Origin: an uncultured Bacteroidales bacterium
GTDB taxonomy: Bacteria; Bacteroidota; Bacteroidia; Bacteroidales; CAYTAU01
Reading direction: 5' to 3'
Length of the DNA stretch: 64,000 nucleotides
NCBI GenBank assembly: GCA_964435855.1
Contig: CAYTAU010000008.1
Coordinates: 2,096 to 66,095 of the forward strand
Below are positions 46,675-54,909 of the stretch, in pieces (within the stretch, counting starts at the first letter, position 1; each line of letters starts with the position of its first letter). A program made the position numbers and the translations under genes. The notes under the pieces are model-generated. The model was not told the DNA's origin. It was given only the letters and a program-made list of their open reading frames with translations, and did no database searches.

Positions 46675-49600
46675 ATGAAAAAAATTGCCCTTTTGCTATT
46701 CGTTAGTGTGTTATTATCCAGTCAATTATTTAGCGCTACATATTACGGCAAAGAAGCTAATGACATTATTCAGGGAACAGAAGTTTTACGTTTTAAAGAT
46801 TTCTCTGATATTCCAAGTTTTATAAAATTTAAAAAAGGAAGTGAGATTCAATATGCTGATATCATTAACTGGATGAAACGTTTCTATAAATCGGATAATA
46901 ATTTTGATTTTAAATTAATAAATAGAGAAACTGATAGATTGGGAATAGAACATTACAGATATCAGCAAACATATAATAATATACCTGTAGAACTTACAAT
47001 GTATATTTTTCATGTAAAAAACGGTAAAGTAATATCGGCAAACGGAAATCTTTACGACAAAATCAATATTTCACAATCTGCCTCTGTTTCTGAAACTGAA
47101 GCTCTAAGTAACGCAAAAGTTTATGTAGGAGCAGAAACATATATGTGGGAAATGCCGGGGCAGGAAGCTCATATTAAAAAATTACAAGAAGATCCAAATG
47201 CAACATATTTTCCAAAAGCCGATATGGTTATTATATCCGAAAACGGAAATATTTATAAAGGCAAGTTAAATACTGCCTATAAATTTAATATTTATGCACA
47301 CAAACCAGTCAGCAGAGCTTATATTTATGTTGATGCCAATACAGGGGAAATTCTTTTCGAAAATAAAATAATTCATACTGCTGATGTTCCAGGTACAGCA
47401 GAAACAGGATATAGCGGAACCCGCACACTTACTGCCGATAGCTATAGTGGATATTACAGGCTAAGAGAAACAGGCAGGGGACTTGGTGTAGAAACCTACG
47501 ATATGAATAATGGTACAAATTATGGCAGTGCAGTAGATTTTACCGATAGTGATAATTTCTGGAATAATGCAAATCCTGAATTAGACGAGTATGCTGCCGA
47601 TGCTCATTGGGCAACAGAAATGACTTACGATTATTATTATAATACGCATAGTAGAAACAGTATAGATGGCAGTGGTTTTAAACTTATTAGTTATATTCAT
47701 TACGATACTGATTATGCCAATGCTTTTTGGAATGGAAATTATATGACATACGGCGATGGTAACGGAAGTACAATAAGTCCGCTTACAACAGTAGATATTT
47801 GTGCTCATGAAATTACTCATGGTTTAACAAGTTATACTGCCGCTCTGGTATATAGTTATGAGTCAGGAGCTTTAAATGAAGCATTTAGCGATATTTTTGG
47901 CACTACCGTGGAGTTTTATGCAAAGCCATTGCTGGCAAATTGGGATATTGGCGAAGATATTGGAACAACATTTCGTTCACTTGCTGATCCAAATGCTTAC
48001 AATTTGCCAGATACATATCTTGGGAATTATTGGGCAACAGGCAGTGGAGATTATGGCGGAGTACATACTAATTGTGGAGTGTTAATGCACTGGTATTATT
48101 TAATTAGTGAAGGTGGTAGTGGAACAAACGATAATGGCGATTCTTATAATATCAGCCCAATAGGAATGGATAAAGCCGGTGATATTACTTACAGATTGTT
48201 AACTGTTTATTTAACCCCTTCATCACAATATATGGATGCCCGATTTTATGCAATACAATCAGCAATAGATCTATATGGAGCCTGTACTCCTGAAGTAGAA
48301 GAAGTAACAAATGCAATGTATGCAGTAGGGTTAGGAAACGCATATACTCCGAATGTTGTTAGTGATTTTGAAGCTGATTATACTCAATCGTGTATAGCTC
48401 CTTTTACAGTACAGTTTACAAATATGTCGGTTAACGGCACCAATTTTGACTGGGATTTTGGTGATGGAGGCACAAGTACGGACATTAATCCAACACATAC
48501 ATATACCACTTTAGGAACATTTAATGTTCAGCTATTTTCTGATGGAGGTGTTTGTGGTACTGACACTGAAATTAAAACATCGTATATTGAAATTGACACT
48601 ACTTTACCATGTATAGCAATAATGCCAACTTCTGGAACTTATACCCATTATTCCTGTGACGGAAAATTATACGATACTGGCGGAGCTACAAATAATTATC
48701 CGGATCAGACTGATGTATCATTTACTATATCACCACCGGGAGCTACACAAATAACTTTAGATATTCTTTCGTTTAGTGTTGAAGCAGGAAGTGGTTCAAC
48801 ATGCGATTTCGATTATATAGCTTTTTACGATGGTCCTGATATTTCTTCTCCTTTAATTAATGGAACACTTTATTGTAATACAACGGGTAGTCCGGGAACA
48901 ATAACATCTACAGGTGGCGATATAACAGTAAGGCAATATTCCGATCAGGCAGTTACAGAATCAGGTTTTGAGTTAGACTGGACATGTTATTATCCAAGTA
49001 CTCCGCCTGTGGCAAATTTTTCTGTAATCAATAACACAACATGTACAGGAACTATAATATTTACAGATAATTCATCAAATGCACCTACGTCGTGGAATTG
49101 GGATTTTGGCGATGGTAACGTATCAACAGATCAAAACCCTGTTTACACATACACTTCTAATGGTACTTATACTGTTACATTAATTGCAATTAATGCTTAT
49201 GGTTCTGATACAATTACAATAATTGATTATATTTTTATTGTTGCACCTGATATGCCGGTTACAACAGGAGCTACAATTTGTGAAAACGAAACAGCAATTT
49301 TATCAGCAACAGCTTCGGGAGAAATATACTGGTACGATGCAGTAACAGCAGGAAATTTGCTTGACACAGGTATTACATATACAACGCCTCCTCTTACAGT
49401 ATCTACAACATATTATGTTGAAAACAGTGTGTCACAAAGTCCTCAGAATGTTGGAGAAACAAATAATACAGGCGATGGTGGCTTTTTAGGAGCTACACAT
49501 TATCTTGTTTTCGATTGTTTTACACCTGTAACATTATTATCGGTTGAAGTTAATGCAGAAACTACTGCTGACAGAACAATAGAGCTAAGAGATAATCTGG

Positions 49601-50388
49601 GTGCAGTTTTGCAATCTATAACATTAAATATTCCTGCAGGAATTAGTAGAATTGACCTTAATTTTGATATTCCTATTGATAATAATTTACAATTAGCTTG
49701 TGCCGGCACACCCGACCTTTTTAGAACTAATGCAAATACAAATTATCCTTATGTATTGTCAGGTTTATTAAGTATTAATTATAGCAGTGCAACTACTCCG
49801 ACAGGATATTATTATTATTTCTATGATTGGGAAGTGCAGGAATTACCTTGCCTTAGTCAAAGAGATTCTGTTGAGGCAATTGTTGAAGCACTGCCTACAG
49901 CAGATTTCTCCTATTCAACAAATTTTCTGGATGTTAGCTTAACAAATAATTCAACTAATGCAACATCATATAATTGGGACTTTGGTGATGGAAATACTTC
50001 AACAGATCAAGATCCAATACATACATATAGTGCAGATGGTACTTATACTATAACGTTAATAGCTTCAAATAATTGTGGGAACGACACATCTTTTATAATA
50101 ATTACAGTTGTTGGTGTATCAATTTCTGATAAACCTGAATTATCTGATGTTGAAATTTATCCAAATCCTACAAATGATAAATTGTTTGTAAGCATATATA
50201 ATCCTAATAATAATGCAGAAATACAATTACTTGATATTAATGGGAAAATGATATGCAGACAATTTATTAAGAGTACCGGTAAAAATAAAACAGTACTTGA
50301 TATGTCAGATTTATCAGGTGGAGTTTATTTGTGTAAAATAATTACTGATATCAAGATAATAACTAAACAAGTAGTTTTAATTAAGTAA
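46675..50388 (+). CDS. M4 (thermolysin-like) zinc metalloprotease, T9SS cargo with PKD and CUB-like domains
   Basis: Propeptide (FTP/PepSY-like), HEITHG, GALNEAFSDIFG, GGVHTNCGV. Three x WDFGDG PKD domains. CDFDYIAFYDG CUB-like domain. CTD is VEIYPNPTNDKLFVSI...GGVYLCKI. Confidence 0.9.
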   Translation: MKKIALLLFVSVLLSSQLFSATYYGKEANDIIQGTEVLRFKDFSDIPSFIKFKKGSEIQYADIINWMKRFYKSDNNFDFKLINRETDRLGIEHYRYQQTYNNIPVELTMYIFHVKNGKVISANGNLYDKINISQSASVSETEALSNAKVYVGAETYMWEMPGQEAHIKKLQEDPNATYFPKADMVIISENGNIYKGKLNTAYKFNIYAHKPVSRAYIYVDANTGEILFENKIIHTADVPGTAETGYSGTRTLTADSYSGYYRLRETGRGLGVETYDMNNGTNYGSAVDFTDSDNFWNNANPELDEYAADAHWATEMTYDYYYNTHSRNSIDGSGFKLISYIHYDTDYANAFWNGNYMTYGDGNGSTISPLTTVDICAHEITHGLTSYTAALVYSYESGALNEAFSDIFGTTVEFYAKPLLANWDIGEDIGTTFRSLADPNAYNLPDTYLGNYWATGSGDYGGVHTNCGVLMHWYYLISEGGSGTNDNGDSYNISPIGMDKAGDITYRLLTVYLTPSSQYMDARFYAIQSAIDLYGACTPEVEEVTNAMYAVGLGNAYTPNVVSDFEADYTQSCIAPFTVQFTNMSVNGTNFDWDFGDGGTSTDINPTHTYTTLGTFNVQLFSDGGVCGTDTEIKTSYIEIDTTLPCIAIMPTSGTYTHYSCDGKLYDTGGATNNYPDQTDVSFTISPPGATQITLDILSFSVEAGSGSTCDFDYIAFYDGPDISSPLINGTLYCNTTGSPGTITSTGGDITVRQYSDQAVTESGFELDWTCYYPSTPPVANFSVINNTTCTGTIIFTDNSSNAPTSWNWDFGDGNVSTDQNPVYTYTSNGTYTVTLIAINAYGSDTITIIDYIFIVAPDMPVTTGATICENETAILSATASGEIYWYDAVTAGNLLDTGITYTTPPLTVSTTYYVENSVSQSPQNVGETNNTGDGGFLGATHYLVFDCFTPVTLLSVEVNAETTADRTIELRDNLGAVLQSITLNIPAGISRIDLNFDIPIDNNLQLACAGTPDLFRTNANTNYPYVLSGLLSINYSSATTPTGYYYYFYDWEVQELPCLSQRDSVEAIVEALPTADFSYSTNFLDVSLTNNSTNATSYNWDFGDGNTSTDQDPIHTYSADGTYTITLIASNNCGNDTSFIIITVVGVSISDKPELSDVEIYPNPTNDKLFVSIYNPNNNAEIQLLDINGKMICRQFIKSTGKNKTVLDMSDLSGGVYLCKIITDIKIITKQVVLIK

Positions 50389-50474
50389 TACTGAATTCAG
50401 GAAGATTATCCCCTTATCTTAATTAATAGCTTTAACTCTTTTAATTTTATTTTACAGCTCATCTTTGGCAAAAT

Positions 50475-50492
50475 AATCTATATATATTGATT
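50475..50492. promoter_or_regulatory. 18-bp near-palindrome AATCtATATATATtGATT upstream of the His-rich gene / TBDR pair
   Basis: 16 of 18 positions self-complementary. Lies 63-80 nt upstream of the ATG at 50555. Confidence 0.3.
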
Positions 50493-50554
50493 TGCAATAA
50501 ATATTTACAATTATCTATTGTATGTTACTTTGAATTATATATTTTTGCCAATTC

Positions 50555-50917
50555 ATGAAGATGACCATTAAAAATATAACAAATAAATTAGTTGTCTTTT
50601 TGATAATAGGCATGATGGGAATGTTTATTGCCAATAAAGCTATTTTTATGCATGCCCATAGACTAAGTGACGGAACAGTTATTGTACATACTCATCCTTA
50701 TAATAAATCAGATGATTCAAACCCATACAAGTCTCATCATCATACAAATGCAGAATTGCTATTTTTTCAAAATTTAGAAATTCTTTTTCTAATAGTATTT
50801 TTCACTCTTGCTTTACCTGCCCTTATTAAAAAGATAAAACACTTATTCCACTTAATAACAAGGAATACTCTAAACTGCATAATTCTTCATAAAGGCAGAG
50901 CACCTCCAATTTCATAA
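50555..50917 (+). CDS. small membrane protein with His-rich loop
   Basis: Two hydrophobic helices flank HAHRLSDGTVIVHTHPYNKSDDSNPYKSHHHTN. Confidence 0.5.
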   Translation: MKMTIKNITNKLVVFLIIGMMGMFIANKAIFMHAHRLSDGTVIVHTHPYNKSDDSNPYKSHHHTNAELLFFQNLEILFLIVFFTLALPALIKKIKHLFHLITRNTLNCIILHKGRAPPIS

Positions 50918-50998
50918 TATCACATTTTATTACAATTTTTTAAGACAGAAATTGCATATTCTGTCTTAAAACAATATTTTAATGTAAAAAATAATATT

Positions 50999-53380
50999 AT
51001 GAACAAAATATATATTATCTTGATAATGTTTTTATTATCATTTACACAAATCAATTATGCCCAAAAAAATAAAACAGATGCCACTATTGTTGGACATGTG
51101 ATTTGCTCTTATTGTGGAGAACATATCCCTTTTGCAGCGGTAACTGTTAAAGGGACAACAATTGGAACTACAACAGACGAATCAGGACACTATCAGTTAA
51201 TTAATTTACCAGTAGGAACTATAACAATTAGAGTACAATCATTAGGTCATAAACCCAAAGAAAAAGAAATAACAATTAAAGCGGATGAAACCAAGGAACT
51301 AAAATTTGAATTGGATAAGGATGTTTTAGGGATTGAAGAAGTTGTAGTTACCGGAGATAGAAACAAAACAAACAGAACAGAATCTTCAACTATTGTTAGT
51401 ATTTTAACACCTAAATTATTTGAAACAATACAATCAGTAACTTTAAGCGAAGGTTTAAATTTTTGTCCGGGTTTAAGAATGGAAAATAACTGCCAGAATT
51501 GTGGTTTTTCTCAAGTCAGGATGAATGGAATGGAGGGTCCTTATTCCCAAATATTAATAAATGGTCGTCAAATTTTTAGTGGATTAGCCGGAGTTTATGG
51601 TTTGGAGTTAATTCCTTCAAGCATGATTGAACGGGTTGAAGTAGTTAGAGGTGGTGGTTCTGCATTATATGGGAGCAATGCCATTGCAGGCACAATTAAC
51701 CTGATTTTGAAAGACCCCGTTAATAATTCTTACGAATTTGGAATTAATAGCGGACTTATTGGTGTTGGATTGGATAATTCCGGTGATATTTCCCAAGATT
51801 ATTCGGTAAATTTCAATACATCTTTGGTTTCTGCCGACAATAAAACAGGCATGTCTCTTTATGGATTTTATCGCGACAGAGAACCATTTGATGCAAATGA
51901 TGATAGATTTTCTGAAATTGCCCTTTTAAAAAATACTACAATAGGAACACGATTATTTCATCGTTTTGGAACTAGAAATAAACTCATGGCCGATTTTTTC
52001 AATATTAAAGAAGAAAGACGGGGAGGAGATAAATTTGATTATCCGGCTCATGAAGCAAACATTGCCGAGGCATTAAAACATAATTTGACTACAGGGGCAT
52101 TAACCTATGAGCAATTTTTCAGGGAGGATGATATGTTTTCCATTTATGTTTCAGGACAAAGAATAAACAGGGATTCGTATTACGGAGCAAATAAATCCTT
52201 AAGTGATTATGGAAACACTAAAGATTTTTCTTATACAATAGGTACTCAGTATAATGCAAAATTTAGAAAATCAAGTTTGGTAATAGGTATCGAAAATGAA
52301 GGTGCCTCATTAAAAGATAAAAAGCTTGGATATTCTGATATTGAAAATTCTGTAATTGATGATACTATTATTAATATTAAACATACAAATAATGTTATTA
52401 TTGCAGACCAAATTACAAATACCACAGGCATTTTTTCACAATATGAAATTAAATGGAATAAATTTAAAGTTTCTGCCGGTGCACGGTTTGATAATTATAA
52501 TGTGGTAGATAACCAACATTTTGGTTATAATAAATCAGGAAATGTGTTGAGTCCAAGGTTTACCTTAAAATATGACATAAAAAAGTATTTGCAAGCCAGA
52601 GTGAGCTATTCACAAGGATATCGTGCCCCACAAATATTTGATGAGGATTTACACATTGAAACATCTGGTTCCAGAAAAGTAATTCATGAAAATGACCCTG
52701 ATTTAAAACAAGAAACAAGCTATAGTTATATGGCATCATTTGACTTTAACAAACAAATAGGGAAAGTGTATGTTGGTTTATTAGTTGAGGGATTTTATAC
52801 TCAACTGAATAATCCTTTTGCAAATGAATACAGTGAAGCTGATGAAAACGGAACTATTGTTTATACACGAGTTAATGCAGAAAAAGGAGCAAAAGTACAA
52901 GGTGTAAATATTGAATTGAATGTAGTACCAACTGATAAATTTTCATTAAAAGCAGGTTTTACTAAACAAAATAGTAAATATGAAGAAGTACAGGAATTTA
53001 ACGAAAAAAGTTTTTTTCGTACACCTGAAGATTATGCTTATTTGACATTAGATTTGCAAGCATCAAAAAAATTGGGAATATCTTCAACAGGTAATTATAC
53101 AGGTAAAATGCTTGTTCCTTATTTTGGATTACAAATCCCAAATCCTGATGATGGAGAATTAAGAACAACAAAAAGTTTTTTTGATATAGGATTGAAAATA
53201 CGATACAATATTAAATTGAACGGAGCTACTTTGCAGGTTTATACAGGAGTGAAAAATATATTCAATTCATATCAAAGTGATTTTGATAGCGGAATTGGCA
53301 GAGACCCTGGATATATATATGGACCAATGAATCCGCGTATTGTTTATTTTGGATTGAAAATTGGAAATTTTATCAAATAA
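50999..53380 (+). CDS. TonB-dependent receptor with CarboxypepD_reg N-terminal domain
   Basis: Signal peptide, GHVI...VTVKGTTIGTTTDESGHYQLINLPVG, plug (NNCQNCGFSQVRMNGMEG, GSNAIAGTINLI), long beta-barrel. Confidence 0.9.
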   Translation: MNKIYIILIMFLLSFTQINYAQKNKTDATIVGHVICSYCGEHIPFAAVTVKGTTIGTTTDESGHYQLINLPVGTITIRVQSLGHKPKEKEITIKADETKELKFELDKDVLGIEEVVVTGDRNKTNRTESSTIVSILTPKLFETIQSVTLSEGLNFCPGLRMENNCQNCGFSQVRMNGMEGPYSQILINGRQIFSGLAGVYGLELIPSSMIERVEVVRGGGSALYGSNAIAGTINLILKDPVNNSYEFGINSGLIGVGLDNSGDISQDYSVNFNTSLVSADNKTGMSLYGFYRDREPFDANDDRFSEIALLKNTTIGTRLFHRFGTRNKLMADFFNIKEERRGGDKFDYPAHEANIAEALKHNLTTGALTYEQFFREDDMFSIYVSGQRINRDSYYGANKSLSDYGNTKDFSYTIGTQYNAKFRKSSLVIGIENEGASLKDKKLGYSDIENSVIDDTIINIKHTNNVIIADQITNTTGIFSQYEIKWNKFKVSAGARFDNYNVVDNQHFGYNKSGNVLSPRFTLKYDIKKYLQARVSYSQGYRAPQIFDEDLHIETSGSRKVIHENDPDLKQETSYSYMASFDFNKQIGKVYVGLLVEGFYTQLNNPFANEYSEADENGTIVYTRVNAEKGAKVQGVNIELNVVPTDKFSLKAGFTKQNSKYEEVQEFNEKSFFRTPEDYAYLTLDLQASKKLGISSTGNYTGKMLVPYFGLQIPNPDDGELRTTKSFFDIGLKIRYNIKLNGATLQVYTGVKNIFNSYQSDFDSGIGRDPGYIYGPMNPRIVYFGLKIGNFIK

Positions 53381-53563
53381 TACCAATTGTAATTATGAAA
53401 TAGTTTTTGGACTATTTTATAATTTTACAATGGTTAATGCCGATGTTACATGAAAATATTTCAAGATTTTGAACTATATTGAATGTTCAATCGGTATAAT
53501 ATATTTATATCCTAGTTTTGCATTGTTATGTAAAAGATAATTAAAGTATAAAGCAAAAAAAAA

Positions 53564-53586
53564 GCAGCCGATTGGCTGCTTTTTTT
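53564..53586. terminator. bidirectional rho-independent terminator
   Basis: gcagcc-gatt-ggctgc flanked by A8 and T7. Lies between convergent genes. Confidence 0.8.
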
Positions 53587-53603
53587 AATATATTTTGATT
53601 GAA

Positions 53604-54389
53604 TTAGTTTTTATAATCTCCACCAATTCTACGATCCACACCAGATGGAACATTAAAGTCAGTCACATGTAACATATAATATGAAGTTCCAACTTTAGTA
53701 GCTATAACATCATCATAAATATCATTACCTGTTGTACCTGTGATATCAACAGCATCATAAGATGTTGCTGCTGTTCCAGCATCAACTACAGACGCAAGAC
53801 CTTCTTGTGTTGTAATTGAAGTCCATTGAGCTGTAGTTAAAATTACCATTTTATTTCCACTAGCAGGTGTAATATGAGCATTAACAGCTTTTGAACTACT
53901 ATTCCATTCTAAACCAAATTGACTTAAGCCTGTAGCAGTATTAGCACCATCTCTAGCCCATTCAAATGCAGCAGCAGCAGTTAAATCAGTTTCGTCAGGT
54001 ACAGGCTCTTTAAGAGTAATAGTAACATCTTTTGTGTCAGCCCACTCTTCACCATCTTTGTCAGTTGCAGTAAAAGTAAATGTTAAAGTACCTGCAGTTA
54101 CACCAGATGATGGAAGTATAACTTGGAATGTTTGATTTGAAACAGAATTTCCTGATAATGCAATTTCTCCAGCAGGAGCAATACTAGCAGCTGTAGTTGT
54201 ATAGCTTAATAATTCTAAGTCTTCGTTTGAAGCAACAGAATAAGTGAAAATAAGTGTATCACCTTGCCATGCCTCACTAACGTTTGCATCGATAGTTAAA
54301 GTTGGTCCTTCCGGATCGTCTTTTCCACAGCTTGAGAACATAATTGTTCCGGCTAATAAAATTAAAGCAAAAATTTTAAGATTTTTCAT
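53604..54389 (-). CDS. Ala/Thr/Gly-rich surface lipoprotein, hypothetical
   Basis: Lipobox MFSSCGKDD. Ig-like repeat texture. Visibly higher GC than its neighbours. Confidence 0.7.
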   Translation of the reverse strand: MKNLKIFALILLAGTIMFSSCGKDDPEGPTLTIDANVSEAWQGDTLIFTYSVASNEDLELLSYTTTAASIAPAGEIALSGNSVSNQTFQVILPSSGVTAGTLTFTFTATDKDGEEWADTKDVTITLKEPVPDETDLTAAAAFEWARDGANTATGLSQFGLEWNSSSKAVNAHITPASGNKMVILTTAQWTSITTQEGLASVVDAGTAATSYDAVDITGTTGNDIYDDVIATKVGTSYYMLHVTDFNVPSGVDRRIGGDYKN

Positions 54390-54631
54390 AATGTATTAAA
54401 TTTTTAATTAAACAATAAATTTAGATAAATAATTCTTTAAATATTTTTTACAAATATATTACTTTTTTCTAAAACAAAAATATTTATTTATTAAATGTTA
54501 TAATATTTAACTTTTTATAAATTTATTTTTAGAAAATGAAATCAGTGGTTTCAAATATTGTGCCAATTTGTGAATTGTAAGTTCAGGACTCTTCGAATTT
54601 ACGTTTCATAAATTAAATTATGTGTTATTAA

Positions 54632-54790
54632 CAGTTGCCCCGCCTTTTAAGGCGGGGATATAAATATTGTAAAAATAGGGCTTTAGCCCAAAAGTTTTTT
54701 AATTTTTTTTGGGCTGAAGCCCATTTAATTTTTGTACTTCAACCCCCGACCTAAAGGTTTCCGAGAAATCGGAACAGGCTGGGGCAACTG
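54632..54790. repeat. 159-bp multi-hairpin element bounded by 10-bp inverted repeats
   Basis: cagttgcccc ... ggggcaactg. Internal hairpins at 54638-54657, 54678-54689, 54710-54723 and 54760-54773. Confidence 0.5.
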
Positions 54791-54909
54791 ATAATGAGCA
54801 TCTCAACTCTTAACTTAATGACATTGGGATAAACCCCGTGGCAATTGATTTTTTCACATTAAATTTGTGGTATAAATTATAAGTTGAAAAAATCGCAAAT
54901 AGAAATTAT

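Noticed and set aside
54632-54790. tRNA or other canonical RNA gene
   Set aside because: There is no cloverleaf, no T-loop GTTCRANYC and no anticodon-arm geometry. No tRNA-like sequence was found anywhere in the window.
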